Shown: one piece after another, positions 63,941-64,000 of the stretch
Numbering within the stretch: the stretch's first letter is position 1
Layout: every line of letters starts with the position of its first letter
Source: Azolla caroliniana
Taxonomy: Eukaryota; Plantae; Polypodiophyta
Direction of reading: 5' to 3'
Assembly (NCBI GenBank): GCA_043228905.1
Contig: JBHGNT010000004.1
Span: 2,356,001 to 2,420,000, forward strand
Length of the DNA stretch: 64,000 nt
The notes under the pieces: model-generated
The model's input: only the letters and a program-made list of their open reading frames with translations
Databases searched by the model: none
Told to the model about the DNA's origin: nothing
Made by a program: the position numbers and the translations under genes

Positions 63941-64000
63941 GTAGGCTATGATATGGACCTAGATGTATCTGTATGATATTTTAGATTAATTTCAGATATG

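Overview
Land-plant nuclear DNA with GT-AG introns, microsatellites and plant gene families. The gene and TE content suggests a seed-free plant such as a fern, but that is inference. Seven host genes can be modelled: an SRO/RCD1-type WWE-PARP-RST gene (-), HVA22-like (+), PIG-F/GPI11 (-), an unassigned acidic protein with 24-aa repeats (+), a conserved uncharacterised plant protein (-), an XTH with an unusual C-terminal tail (-) and an aldo-keto reductase (+). Positions 36.5-54.7 kb hold a nested transposon complex. A decayed Ty3/gypsy element (tRNA-Arg-type PBS, long extra 3' ORF) contains a hAT-type MITE and a near-intact second Ty3/gypsy element. The second element has a tRNA-Trp PBS, a 4-bp TSD and gag-PR / -1 / pol organisation, and its 5' LTR carries a solo LTR. 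Also present are LINE remnants, further solo LTRs and a plastid infA fragment split by a solo LTR. The most notable observations are three insertions of TGTC...GACA-ended LTRs at 4-bp ACGN targets, an antisense tRNA-derived Pol III-like cassette in both LTRs of the inner element, a candidate GPI-anchored XTH, a candidate poly-SIM protein and an SRO keeping the His and Tyr of the PARP triad. All assignments were made by eye; no searches were run.
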